Part shown: one piece after another, positions 1-9,702 of the stretch | How positions within the stretch are numbered: the first letter of the stretch is position 1 | How the letters are laid out: the number at the start of each line of letters is the position of its first letter | From: Gemmatimonadales bacterium | GTDB lineage: Bacteria > Gemmatimonadota > Gemmatimonadetes > Gemmatimonadales > GWC2-71-9 | Direction of reading: 5' to 3' | Length of the DNA stretch: 55,473 nucleotides | NCBI GenBank assembly: GCA_041615815.1 | Contig: JBFJCP010000029.1 | Span: 1 to 55,473, forward strand | Notes under the pieces: generated by a model | What the model was told of the DNA's origin: nothing | Databases searched by the model: none | Seen by the model: the letters and a program-made list of their open reading frames with translations, nothing else | Translations under genes and position numbers: made by a program

Positions 1-20
1 AGCGCTGCCGGCCTCCTCCA

Positions 21-2111
21 TCACTTCCCGTTGCTCTCCTCTTTCTCCCGCTCTTCGATCAATCGCTGCGCAACATCCGGCGGCACATCCTGGTAACTCG
101 AGAAGTGCCAGTGGTACGTGCCTCGTCCATGGGTCATGGAGTGTAGCTGTGTCGCATACCGATGCATCTCTGCTTCCGGAACGTATGCCCGGACTTTCGT
201 CAGTCGGCCATCGGGCTCGCTCCCGAGGATCTGTCCGCGGCGGGATGACAGGTCTCCCATGACCTCCCCCAGGTTCTCGTCCGGGGTCCAAACTTCGACC
301 TCGAGAATGGGCTCCAACACCACAGGCTTTGCGTTGCGAGCGACGGTCCGAAACGCCATGATACCAGCCATCTTGAAGGACTGCTCACTGCTGTCGACGT
401 CGTGATAAGAGCCGTCATAGCACTCGACCTTGAAGTCGACGACCGGATAGCCCGCCACCACCCCACGCTCAGCCGCCTCCTGAATCCCCCGATCCACCGC
501 AGGAATGTATTTCCCCGGAATGACGCCGCCGGTGATCTTGTTGTCGAATTCGTACCCTGACCCGCGTGGCATGGGCATGATCCGAATCCAACAGTCCCCG
601 TACTGACCGCGCCCACCGGTCTGTTTCTTGTGCCGTCCTTGACCTTCCGCTTTGGCGCGGAACGTCTCACGGTAGGCGACCTTGGGGGCCACGAGGTCGG
701 CGTGCACACCGAACTTTCGCTCCAAACGGCTGATCACGATTTCCAGATGCCGTTCACCGCGACCGCTGATGATGGTCTGCCGTAGCTCGGGATTGAACTC
801 ATGGCGAAATGTGGGATCTTCCTCGTGCAGCTTCTGAAGACCCAACGATAACTTCTCTTCATCACCTCGCTGTTTGACCTCCACCGCCATTCGCGTGAGG
901 GCTCCCGGAAAGGGAATGTCACGCAGGGCGATGGGGTGGGTTGCCAGGGACAGCGTGTCGTTGGTGTGGGTATCCTTGAGCTTGGCAACCGCTGCGATAT
1001 CCCCTACGTGGAGCGCCGGCACCTCCGTACGCTCCTTGCCCTGCACAATACTGAGGTGATTCAGCTTTTCCGGCGTCTCCCGACGTGCGTTATGCACCGT
1101 GGCGCCATTGGACACGTTCCCCGAATAGATGCGGAAGAAGGTCACATCTCCCACGTGGGGCTCAGAGACGGTCTTGAAGACCCTGGCGACGAAGGGACCC
1201 CCGTCCTTGGGCTCAACCGTCGCAATGTCGCCATTGGGTTGGAGTCCTTCCAGGGCGGGAGTTTCGACCGGCGCGGGGACGAGCTCAACGATCTTCGTCA
1301 GTAGCGCGCGCATCCCATACGTCAGCGGAGATGCACCGCACAGCAGTGGAAAGAGCTCACCCGAGGTCATACCTGCTTTCATCGCCGTGATGGCTTCTTC
1401 CCTCGAGATTTCCTGACCACCGAGATAGCGCTCGAGCAGGTCGTCATCCGTGGTCGCAATCGTCTCAATGAGTTCCTGGGAGTACTTCTCCAGTCGATCC
1501 TGATACTCCCCGGGGACCTCCACCTCCTCATACTCTCCCGTCTTCGTGCCCTGCTTGTACATGTGACACTTTTTTGAGAACAGATTGACGATCCCGTGGA
1601 ACTCCGGCCCCTCACCCACGGGAATTTCGATCGGTATCACCTTGGCCGTGAGATGCTCCTTGATGTCCCGATACACCTTTTCGAAATCCGCATGCTCCTT
1701 GTCCAGCATGGAGACAAAGAACAGCCGTGGCATTGCCCGCTCTGAGGCATACTCCCAGACTTTCTCGGTCCCTACTTCTACGCCGGACGTCGCCCCCACC
1801 ACGACCAGCGCCGCGTCACCTGCGTAGATCCCGGCGAGCGCATCTCCGGTGAAGTCGAGATAGCCGGGAGTATCGATGAGGTTGATCTTGGTATCCATCC
1901 ACTCGGCATGCGCGAGCGCCAAGTTGATGGAGTACTGGCGGGCGATTTCTTCGTCGGTGTAGTCAGTGAGGGAAGTTCCGTCGGTCACCGAACCGTGTCG
2001 CTTGCTGCTTCCGGCCACAAACGCGAGGGCATCCACCAAACTGGTCTTTCCGCTCGCGCCGTGGCCTACGACAGTGACATTCCGAATGGCATCTCCTGTA
2101 TAGACGCGCAC
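21..2111 (-). CDS. fusA: Elongation factor G-like protein (EF-G2 type paralogue)
   Basis: G1 GHGASGKTSL, G3 DTPG, domain IV HKKQTGGRGQYGD and YHDVDSSEQSF, C-terminal LEPI...VMGDLSSRRG. Start moved to GTG 2111, which follows a GGAGG SD. G2 and G4 motifs are non-canonical. Confidence 0.92.
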   Translation of the reverse strand: MRVYTGDAIRNVTVVGHGASGKTSLVDALAFVAGSSKRHGSVTDGTSLTDYTDEEIARQYSINLALAHAEWMDTKINLIDTPGYLDFTGDALAGIYAGDAALVVVGATSGVEVGTEKVWEYASERAMPRLFFVSMLDKEHADFEKVYRDIKEHLTAKVIPIEIPVGEGPEFHGIVNLFSKKCHMYKQGTKTGEYEEVEVPGEYQDRLEKYSQELIETIATTDDDLLERYLGGQEISREEAITAMKAGMTSGELFPLLCGASPLTYGMRALLTKIVELVPAPVETPALEGLQPNGDIATVEPKDGGPFVARVFKTVSEPHVGDVTFFRIYSGNVSNGATVHNARRETPEKLNHLSIVQGKERTEVPALHVGDIAAVAKLKDTHTNDTLSLATHPIALRDIPFPGALTRMAVEVKQRGDEEKLSLGLQKLHEEDPTFRHEFNPELRQTIISGRGERHLEIVISRLERKFGVHADLVAPKVAYRETFRAKAEGQGRHKKQTGGRGQYGDCWIRIMPMPRGSGYEFDNKITGGVIPGKYIPAVDRGIQEAAERGVVAGYPVVDFKVECYDGSYHDVDSSEQSFKMAGIMAFRTVARNAKPVVLEPILEVEVWTPDENLGEVMGDLSSRRGQILGSEPDGRLTKVRAYVPEAEMHRYATQLHSMTHGRGTYHWHFSSYQDVPPDVAQRLIEEREKEESNGK

Positions 2112-2140
2112 GCGCCACACCTCCTGCAAGGGGGGGAAGG

Positions 2141-2169
2141 AAAATGTCGCGGCGGCAAATGGCTGTCAA
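2141..2169 (-). promoter_or_regulatory. Putative sigma70 promoter of the EF-G-like gene
   Basis: Minus strand reads TTGACA-N17-CATTTT, ending about 30 nt upstream of the GTG start. Confidence 0.55.
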
Positions 2170-2415
2170 ACGACAAGGGCTGGGGGTGGCAGCGACCGGT
2201 CCACGGCGGCGAGCAGAGCGTTGAAGGCACAGGTGAGTGTCGTGACAGTGTAGCTTTCACAGACTTCGGTAGCTTCCCCTATTCCTTATAACCACGCCGC
2301 ACCCCTCGGCCTTGACGGGGCGACCCGCGATACGGCATCTCTCCCGCATGCCATGCTGCGCGAACCTTCATAATCTCATCCCGGTAGCGCTGGATCGGAC
2401 CCCGGGGTAAACCAC

Positions 2416-3999
2416 GTGCCTTCCCAGTACGACGCCGTCGTAATCGGCGGAGGACACAACGGCCTGATCAGCGCGGCGTACCTAGCCCGGGCTGGCCGGC
2501 GAGTGCTCGTGCTCGAGCGCCGTGAACGGGTGGGGGGTGCCGCCGTGACCGAGGAGGTCTTCCCCGGCTTCAAGTTCTCGGTCTTTTCGTACGTCGTGAG
2601 TCTGCTGCGTCCTGAGATCATCCGCGACCTGGCCTTGCCGCAACACGGCCTGCATATCCTGCCCCTCGAAAGTACTCTCACCCCCCTGCCCAACGGCGAC
2701 TATCTGGCGGGCTGGGCAGACCCCGACCAGGCACGCCAAGAGCTCTACCGCCATTCTCCGCGAGACGCAGAGGCATACGACGAGTTTGGGCGCGTGCTGC
2801 ATCACATGGCTTTCGCCGTCAAACCGATCCTGAGTATGGTACCGCCGGATCCGACGTCGCTCACTCCGAACGAACTCCGAGGATTACTGCGACTCGGCCG
2901 ACATTTTAGCGACCTGGGCGAGGAGCGTTTTTACGGCCTCTACAAGCTCATGACGATGAGCTCGGCGGATTATCTCGATGAGTGGTTTGAGTGTGAGCCG
3001 CTCAAGGCGACCAAGTCTGCCAGCGGGATCATCGGGACTTTCCTCGGGCCGCGATCTCCGGGGACTGCATACGTCCTCCTGCACCATTACATGGGTGAGA
3101 TCGACGGCGCCTTCCGAGCCTGGGGATTCGCGAAGGGGGGGACCGGAGCAGTCAGCGAGGCCATTGCCAACGCCGCGCGCTCCTTCGGGGCCGAGATTCG
3201 GACTTCGGCAACAGTCACCGACGTGTTGGTGCGCCAACGCCGCACGTCTGGCGTCGTGCTGCAAGACGGCGAGGAGGTCGGCGCAAAGACCGTCGTCTCC
3301 AGTCTCGATCCACGCCGCACCTTTCTCCAGCTCGTCGACCCCGATCTTCTCCCAGAAGACCTTGTCAGTGCCGTAAGGCGGTTTCGATTTCGTGGATCGT
3401 CCGGCAAAGTGAACCTCGCCCTGAGCGAACTGCCAAGTTTCACCTGTCTGCCGGGCATGGGACCACACTTACGTGGCGCCATATCTGTCAGTCCAAGTAT
3501 CGACTACTTGGAGCGAGCGTACGACGAGGCGAAGTACGGCGCGTTCTCGACGCGGCCGTACCTCGATGTCGTGATCCCATCGATGATCGATCCCGACATG
3601 GCGCCGCCAGGCAAGCACGTGATGTCGATCTTCGTACAATACGCTCCGTACGATCTCACAGGCGGCTGGACCGACGAGCGGAAGGAGGCCTTTGGTGATA
3701 CGGTGATCGACACCTTGTCGGAGTTTGCGCCGAATCTGAAACGATCCATTCTCCACCGGCAGGTGATCACGCCCGTGGACATTGAAGAAATCACGGGCCT
3801 CACCGAAGGAAATATCTTCCAAGGCGAGCTTGGTCTCCACCAGTTGTTCTTTCTCCGGCCGGCCCCCGGGTGGGCCCAGTACCGAACACCTATCAAGGGC
3901 CTGTACCAGTGTGGATCCGGGACCCACCCCGGCGGCGGCATCATGGGCGCCTCGGGACGCCTCGCCGCGCAGACGATCCTGAAGGACGCAAGCCGGTGA
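2416..3999 (+). CDS. NAD(P)/FAD-dependent oxidoreductase, phytoene dehydrogenase-like (PYROXD2-like)
   Basis: N-terminal YDAVVIGGGHNGL FAD-binding motif, ERRERVGGA, C-terminal YRTPIKGLYQCGSGTHPGGG. Confidence 0.85.
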   Translation: MPSQYDAVVIGGGHNGLISAAYLARAGRRVLVLERRERVGGAAVTEEVFPGFKFSVFSYVVSLLRPEIIRDLALPQHGLHILPLESTLTPLPNGDYLAGWADPDQARQELYRHSPRDAEAYDEFGRVLHHMAFAVKPILSMVPPDPTSLTPNELRGLLRLGRHFSDLGEERFYGLYKLMTMSSADYLDEWFECEPLKATKSASGIIGTFLGPRSPGTAYVLLHHYMGEIDGAFRAWGFAKGGTGAVSEAIANAARSFGAEIRTSATVTDVLVRQRRTSGVVLQDGEEVGAKTVVSSLDPRRTFLQLVDPDLLPEDLVSAVRRFRFRGSSGKVNLALSELPSFTCLPGMGPHLRGAISVSPSIDYLERAYDEAKYGAFSTRPYLDVVIPSMIDPDMAPPGKHVMSIFVQYAPYDLTGGWTDERKEAFGDTVIDTLSEFAPNLKRSILHRQVITPVDIEEITGLTEGNIFQGELGLHQLFFLRPAPGWAQYRTPIKGLYQCGSGTHPGGGIMGASGRLAAQTILKDASR

Positions 4000-5591
4000 C
4001 CCAGAAGTCCTACGACGCGATCGTCCTGGGTGGCGATGCGAACGGGTTGGTCGCGGCCGGTTACCTGGCGCGAGCCGGATTGCGTGTTCGCCTGCTGGAG
4101 GCCCGTGAAGAACCTGGGGCGGAATTGTCTCAGACCGAGGTTGTACCGGGATTTCGCTGCGATACCGCAGTGCACGATGTGGGCTGGATCCCACCGGCGA
4201 TCCTGCGCGATTTCGGACTCGCCTCGCGAGGACTCACGCCATTGGCACCCGATCCTAGCGTGGTTGCGCCGCAACGAGATGCCCCGCCCCTGGTGCTCTG
4301 GCGGGAACCCGCCCATACACAGGAAGCGCTCCGATCGCACTCGTCACGAGATGCGGAGCGATGGCCGCGATTTACAGCGCTTGCGCACCGCTTGGCGGGA
4401 TTCCTCCGAAGGCTCTACGAGAACTCGCCACCCCAACCGGTGTTCCGTGGCGCCACGGAGGGCGTCTCGCTTCTCCCGCTGGCGTGGCACCTCCGACGGC
4501 TAGGGCCGCAGGACATGATGGAGCTGCTCCGCGTATTCCCGATGTCGGTGGCAGAGTGGCTCGACGAGTGGTTCGAGAACGATCTCCTCAAGGGAACGAT
4601 TGGGGCGGGGGGGATCACGGCAATTCGACAAGGGCCGCGGTCGGGAGGAACGGCATTCGTCTTCCTGCACCACCTAGTGGGGGCCGACGTCGGTGTTCTC
4701 CGCCCTCGGGGACTCATACGCGGAGGAGCGGCACGTTTCGCCACCGCCGTAGCAGAGGCAGCCGAGGCCATGGGCGCAACGATCAGCTACGGAGAACCCG
4801 TTCTACAGATCATCACACGAGACGGTCAGGCACAAGGCGTGGTGCTCTCGGACGGAGAGGAGATTCGCGGTAGGTGTATAGTATCGAGCCTGGACCCCCA
4901 CCGGACGTTTATCGAGCTGGTTCCCGGCGATCAGCTGGACCCACATTTCGCCCGGGCCGTATCCAACATCAAGTTCCGTGGTTCCGTTGGCAGAGTAAAC
5001 CTCGCACTGGAACGCATGCCGAGGTTCCATGGCATCGACGGCGACCCTTCGCAGCTCGGGGGCGTGATCTCCATCAGCCCGAGCCTAGATTACCTCGAGC
5101 GGGCCTACGACCGTGTGAAGCACGGTCAGCACACACATCGTCCATACCTCGAGTGCGTTTTCCCGTCTCTGAACGACGAATCGCTTGCCCCACCCGGGAA
5201 GCATGTCATGTCGATCACCGTTCAATACGTCCCACTTCAGTCCAACGCCACCGCTTGGACCGGCGCAGACAGCGAGGCACTGGAGCAAACGGTGCTCGAA
5301 ACTTTGAGCGAGTATGCGCCCAACTTGCCTGATATCATCGCTGGCAGTGAGGTGTTGGCTCCCAACGACCTCGCAACCCGCTTCGGCATGCGAGAGGGTC
5401 ATTTGTATCGTGGCGAGCTCACTCTCGACCAGATCCTGTTCATGCGCCCGCTCCCGGGCTGGTCACGATATCGAACCCCGATCGAAGGATTGTTTCTCTG
5501 CGGTCCGGGGTGCCACCCTGGAGGCGGGATCGCGGGCGGCGCTGGGCTGCTCGCCGTCCGGGAAATCCTACGGAGCCTCAAAAAATCATGA
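3996..5591 (+). CDS. Second phytoene dehydrogenase-like FAD oxidoreductase (tandem paralogue)
   Basis: GTG 3996 overlaps the upstream stop (GTGA). YDAIVLGGDANGL and YRTPIEGLFLCGPGCHPGGG; colinear with the upstream protein. Confidence 0.85.
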   Translation: MTQKSYDAIVLGGDANGLVAAGYLARAGLRVRLLEAREEPGAELSQTEVVPGFRCDTAVHDVGWIPPAILRDFGLASRGLTPLAPDPSVVAPQRDAPPLVLWREPAHTQEALRSHSSRDAERWPRFTALAHRLAGFLRRLYENSPPQPVFRGATEGVSLLPLAWHLRRLGPQDMMELLRVFPMSVAEWLDEWFENDLLKGTIGAGGITAIRQGPRSGGTAFVFLHHLVGADVGVLRPRGLIRGGAARFATAVAEAAEAMGATISYGEPVLQIITRDGQAQGVVLSDGEEIRGRCIVSSLDPHRTFIELVPGDQLDPHFARAVSNIKFRGSVGRVNLALERMPRFHGIDGDPSQLGGVISISPSLDYLERAYDRVKHGQHTHRPYLECVFPSLNDESLAPPGKHVMSITVQYVPLQSNATAWTGADSEALEQTVLETLSEYAPNLPDIIAGSEVLAPNDLATRFGMREGHLYRGELTLDQILFMRPLPGWSRYRTPIEGLFLCGPGCHPGGGIAGGAGLLAVREILRSLKKS

Positions 5592-6718
5592 CCCGTTTTC
5601 ACCCCACTCGAGACACGTACCGCCCGGGCGGGACAACCCTGGCGAGCATCTACTACACGTCGGCCGAGATCTATCAGGAGGAGTTGGAACGCGTGTTCTC
5701 GCGCAGTTGGCTGTGTGTGGGACGGACGGCGGATCTCCAGCACCATGGCGACTACAGAGTGGTGACCGTCGGCACCGAAAGCGTCATCATCGTCCGCCAA
5801 GATCAGAAACAGATCCGAGCATTCCACAACGTGTGTCGACACCGTGGAACGCGACTCTGCGACGGCCCCGATGGCCGGTTCCGAAAAAGCATTCAGTGTC
5901 CGTACCACGGTTGGACCTACGGATTGGATGGAACGCTCCTCGCGGCCCCCCACATGACGGAGGTGGAGGGATTCGACGCGCGTGACTACCCCCTGCACTC
6001 CGTCGCCCTATGTGAGTGGCAAGGTTTTCTATTCATCGCACTTGCGCAGCGATCCGACCTCGGGGACCCACCGGCCCGTGTGCTCGACGAGCGACTCTTC
6101 CCGTACAACCTGTCCAGTCTCACCACAACGCGGCGAATCGAGTATGACGTTCGTGCCAATTGGAAACTCATTTTCTTGAATTTCTCGGAATGCCTGCACT
6201 GTCCTGTCATTCATCCGGACTTGGCGAGGCTCACGCCCTACAAGAGCGGGAGGAATGATCTGGTAGAGGGACCCGTCCTCGGCGGTTTCATGACGATTTC
6301 CCGACAGCACGGCAGCTTGACGAAGAGCGGGGAGATGTGTGGTATACCTTTGGGTGAACTTCCGCAAGAGAATCGGCAGCGCGTCTACTACTACTCGGTC
6401 TTTCCCAATATGCTCCTGAGTGTGCATCCGGATTATGTCATGTTTCACACCCTGTGGCCGGTCGGGGCGTTTCAAACGCGCATCGTGTGCGAGTTTCTCT
6501 TTCATCGTGACGCAACGAGCAGCGGCAAGTTCGATCCGAGCGATGCCGTTGATTTTTGGGACCTGACCAACCGCCAAGACTGGCAGATTTGCGAGGCGAG
6601 TCAGTCCGGAGTCGCTTCGAGAGCGTATACACCCGGACCGTACAGTCCTCAAGAAAGCCTTCTGTGGGCCTGGGATCAGGAATACCTGAGACAGATTGGG
6701 AGAACGGAGAAAGCGTGA
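5588..6718 (+). CDS. Rieske non-heme iron oxygenase alpha subunit (GbcA/Stc2/choline monooxygenase-like)
   Basis: ATGA overlap with the previous gene. Rieske CRHRG...CPYHGW; mononuclear iron motif NFSECLHCPVIH and distal NRQD. Confidence 0.88.
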   Translation: MTRFHPTRDTYRPGGTTLASIYYTSAEIYQEELERVFSRSWLCVGRTADLQHHGDYRVVTVGTESVIIVRQDQKQIRAFHNVCRHRGTRLCDGPDGRFRKSIQCPYHGWTYGLDGTLLAAPHMTEVEGFDARDYPLHSVALCEWQGFLFIALAQRSDLGDPPARVLDERLFPYNLSSLTTTRRIEYDVRANWKLIFLNFSECLHCPVIHPDLARLTPYKSGRNDLVEGPVLGGFMTISRQHGSLTKSGEMCGIPLGELPQENRQRVYYYSVFPNMLLSVHPDYVMFHTLWPVGAFQTRIVCEFLFHRDATSSGKFDPSDAVDFWDLTNRQDWQICEASQSGVASRAYTPGPYSPQESLLWAWDQEYLRQIGRTEKA

Positions 6719-6900
6719 TCATGCGCCTACCTGCCCGCGGGGGGAAGGCGACGTAGCCCGCCAGCAACCACGCAGTTCCTCGGTGCCCGACCAATCTACC
6801 TCGTGGTGTTGCACCAGTACGACAGCTCTTGGAACGCCTCTCCACCGACGCCCAGCGGACGCTCGGTACGTGAGTTGCCGGGGTAAACTGCGTCCTCACC

Positions 6901-9573
6901 ATGGTGCGTGCTGTGTCGAAACACGATGCCGCTACCGGGTTCAGACCGTTCCTCAAGTCTGAGATCGAACAGTCGATCCCCGCACGCTTCGAGCAACAGG
7001 TTCGACGCTTCCCCGATCGCGCGGCGGTGTGGACCAAGCACCAAGCGCTGTCGTATAGGACCCTCGATCGGACGGCCAATCGGGTGGGCAATGCCATCCG
7101 CGAGCGCTCTCTCAGCCCCGGTGAACCCGTGGCCCTGCTATTCGACCAAGGTGTGCCCAGTACCATCGCGATCCTGGGAGCCCTCAAGGCTGGGGGGGTA
7201 TACGTTCCCCTCGATGGGACGGCCCCGCACAAGCAGTTAGAAGCGCAACTCGGAGACGCAGACGCTTCCCTCATCCTGCACGATGCCAGCCATGCAGCGC
7301 TTGCGCGTTCCCTTAGCGCGCGTTCACGACGTACGCTTCATATCGGCGAACTTGGCGGTCGAATCTCCGACAAACGACCGGAGGTTCAGCTTGGCCCGGA
7401 CAGCCTTGCCTACATCTTCTACACCTCCGGGTCAACCGGTAGGCCCAAAGGAGTGGTCGACAACCACCGCAATGTGCTGCATAACGTCCTGCGGTACACG
7501 AACAGCTTGAAGATCAGTGCTGGAGACAAACTCACACTGGTGCAGCATCCCGCGTTTAGCGGGTCGGTGTCCAGCCTCTTCTGTGCCCTTCTGAACGGCG
7601 CAACGACGTTCCCGCTCGACCTTCGGCAACACGGATTGAAAGCGCTCGCGGCACTGATTGTCGATCAGGAGCTTACGGTATACCACTCCGTGCCCGCGAT
7701 CTTTCAGGAGCTTCTCAGTATCCATGCCTCGTTTAAGACGCTGCGGGTCATCCGGCTCGAGGGAGACCAGGTGCTGCCGCGGCACGTCGACTCGTTCAAA
7801 CACCACTTTTGCCCGCCCTGTGTACTCGTCAATGGTCTCGGGGCGACGGAAACTGGTATCACGCGACAATTCTTTCTTTCCCCCGATACCGACCTCACCG
7901 GTCACACCGTGCCGATCGGATTCCCTACCGAGGATATGGACACATATATCGTCGACGAGGCCGGATCAGAGGTCCCGGCGGGCCAGATCGGAGAGATCGT
8001 CATCGGGAGTCGTTACTTGGCTTTGGGGTATTGGAGGCAACCCGACCGCACGCGCTCAGCTTTCGAGACGCGTTCCCGTGATGACAGATACCGAACGTAC
8101 CGAACCGGTGACCTCGGTCGACTGCACGCTGACGGCTGCCTCGATTTCCTTGGCCGGTCCGACTTTCATGTCAAGCTGCGCGGCCGGTGGGTGGATGTGG
8201 CAGCCGTCGAGGATGCGCTGAACAATCTTCCCAATGTGGCCGAGGCAGCAGTACGACCTCATGAAAATGCACTCGGAGAGCGCCGCCTGATTGGTTACGT
8301 TGTCCCCACCAACGGCTACCTCTCTGTCAGCCAGATCCGCCGAAACCTCGCTGAGTCCACGCCCGCCGAACTGATTCCGGCCAGATTTGTATTCCTCGAC
8401 GCTCTGCCATTGGATCCCAACGGCAAGATTGCGCGCAGCGCCCTTCCCGCCCCGCAAGATGACCGGCCGGCCCTCGACACACCGTTCGTGCCGCCACGGG
8501 GTAGGACGGAGACCGCACTGGCCAGGCTCTTCGAGCAGGTCCTGGGGGTCGCCGACATCGGCATCGAGGATGATTTCTTCGACCTCGGTGGCGACTCACT
8601 GCGGGCCTTGCGACTCCTGGGACTGATCGAAGCCAAGTTTGGCATCACCATCCCAAACTCGGTACTCCTCCAAGCCCGGACCGTCGCGGCGCTTTCTCAG
8701 CTCGTGGAGAGCCGCCCAACCTTTGGAAACCTGGTGCTGCTGCGCCGCGGCAGCCGCACACCGCCGGTGTTTCTCGTGCACGCACACCTCGGTCAAGTCC
8801 TGCACTTTAGCCGACTTGCACATTGGCTTGGAAACGACCGATCGATCTATGGCGTGCAAGCCGAAACCCCAGGTGGTACCCGGGTGGGAGCGGCCACCGT
8901 CGAATCGATGGCTCGGCAATACCTTGCCGCGATTCGCGAGGTTCAGCCCCACGGCCCTTTTCTCCTCGGCGGCCATTGCTTTGGCGCCCGAGTGGCACTC
9001 GAGATGGCACAGCAGCTGACTGCCCAAGGAGAACGAACGGCACTACTCATCCTGCTCGATCCAGATCCACCGCGGGGAGTGCCCAATCCGTTAGCCTACG
9101 CATCCGCCGCACATCGACAGAGGATTCAGCGACACCTCGAGCAACTCCGTACGGGCAACATGGTCACGCGTCTCCGATATCTAGGAGCAAGAAGCAGCCG
9201 CGCCATCGCGCATACAGCGGCGTGGTGTCGTCGGCGGCTGACGGCGGCCGGGATCGAGATCGCACTCAAAACGGGAATCCCCCGCCGGTGGCTCCCCTTC
9301 TTGCTGAGAACAGCGTTCGCTGAAACGGTCCATCAGCGTGCAGCGCGGAGCTACCACGTTCGAACATACGGCGGACAGGTCGTCCTGGTGGGACTGCGAG
9401 ATGGTGATGCGACCCTGAAGGATTACGATGCCTGGCGGCATTACTTGCCGGGCGCCCTGGAGATGCACATGGTGAGCGCCCCACCGTGGCGCATGCTCCA
9501 GGAGCCGCACGTTCGGGAGGTAGCACGCCAGATCAGACCCATCTTACACTCGGCCGCGCACGACTCGTCATAG
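6901..9573 (+). CDS. Stand-alone NRPS-like protein, adenylation-thiolation-thioesterase (A-T-TE)
   Basis: A3 AYIFYTSGSTGRPKG, A7 YRTGDLG, A8 GRSDFHVKLRG, A10 PNGKIAR; carrier motif DFFDLGGDSL; TE elbow GGHCFG. No condensation domain. Confidence 0.9.
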   Translation: MVRAVSKHDAATGFRPFLKSEIEQSIPARFEQQVRRFPDRAAVWTKHQALSYRTLDRTANRVGNAIRERSLSPGEPVALLFDQGVPSTIAILGALKAGGVYVPLDGTAPHKQLEAQLGDADASLILHDASHAALARSLSARSRRTLHIGELGGRISDKRPEVQLGPDSLAYIFYTSGSTGRPKGVVDNHRNVLHNVLRYTNSLKISAGDKLTLVQHPAFSGSVSSLFCALLNGATTFPLDLRQHGLKALAALIVDQELTVYHSVPAIFQELLSIHASFKTLRVIRLEGDQVLPRHVDSFKHHFCPPCVLVNGLGATETGITRQFFLSPDTDLTGHTVPIGFPTEDMDTYIVDEAGSEVPAGQIGEIVIGSRYLALGYWRQPDRTRSAFETRSRDDRYRTYRTGDLGRLHADGCLDFLGRSDFHVKLRGRWVDVAAVEDALNNLPNVAEAAVRPHENALGERRLIGYVVPTNGYLSVSQIRRNLAESTPAELIPARFVFLDALPLDPNGKIARSALPAPQDDRPALDTPFVPPRGRTETALARLFEQVLGVADIGIEDDFFDLGGDSLRALRLLGLIEAKFGITIPNSVLLQARTVAALSQLVESRPTFGNLVLLRRGSRTPPVFLVHAHLGQVLHFSRLAHWLGNDRSIYGVQAETPGGTRVGAATVESMARQYLAAIREVQPHGPFLLGGHCFGARVALEMAQQLTAQGERTALLILLDPDPPRGVPNPLAYASAAHRQRIQRHLEQLRTGNMVTRLRYLGARSSRAIAHTAAWCRRRLTAAGIEIALKTGIPRRWLPFLLRTAFAETVHQRAARSYHVRTYGGQVVLVGLRDGDATLKDYDAWRHYLPGALEMHMVSAPPWRMLQEPHVREVARQIRPILHSAAHDSS

Positions 9574-9702
9574 GCCAGTGTCCGGCGAAGATAAGCCGAA
9601 TCCCACCCCGGACCGGTACCCCGCTCGCAACTCCCCTTGGGCGATACCTTAACAAGCGGGCCGTTGACACGTCCTACTCTCAGACCGTGTGACGGGACGA
9701 CC

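Noticed and set aside
2416..5591. Carotenoid biosynthesis (crtI) call
   Set aside because: No crtB/crtE/crtY in the window, and the coupling to a Rieske oxygenase points to a different role.
9664..9695. Perfect TTGACA upstream of DUF1800
   Set aside because: No plausible -10 at 16-18 nt spacing.
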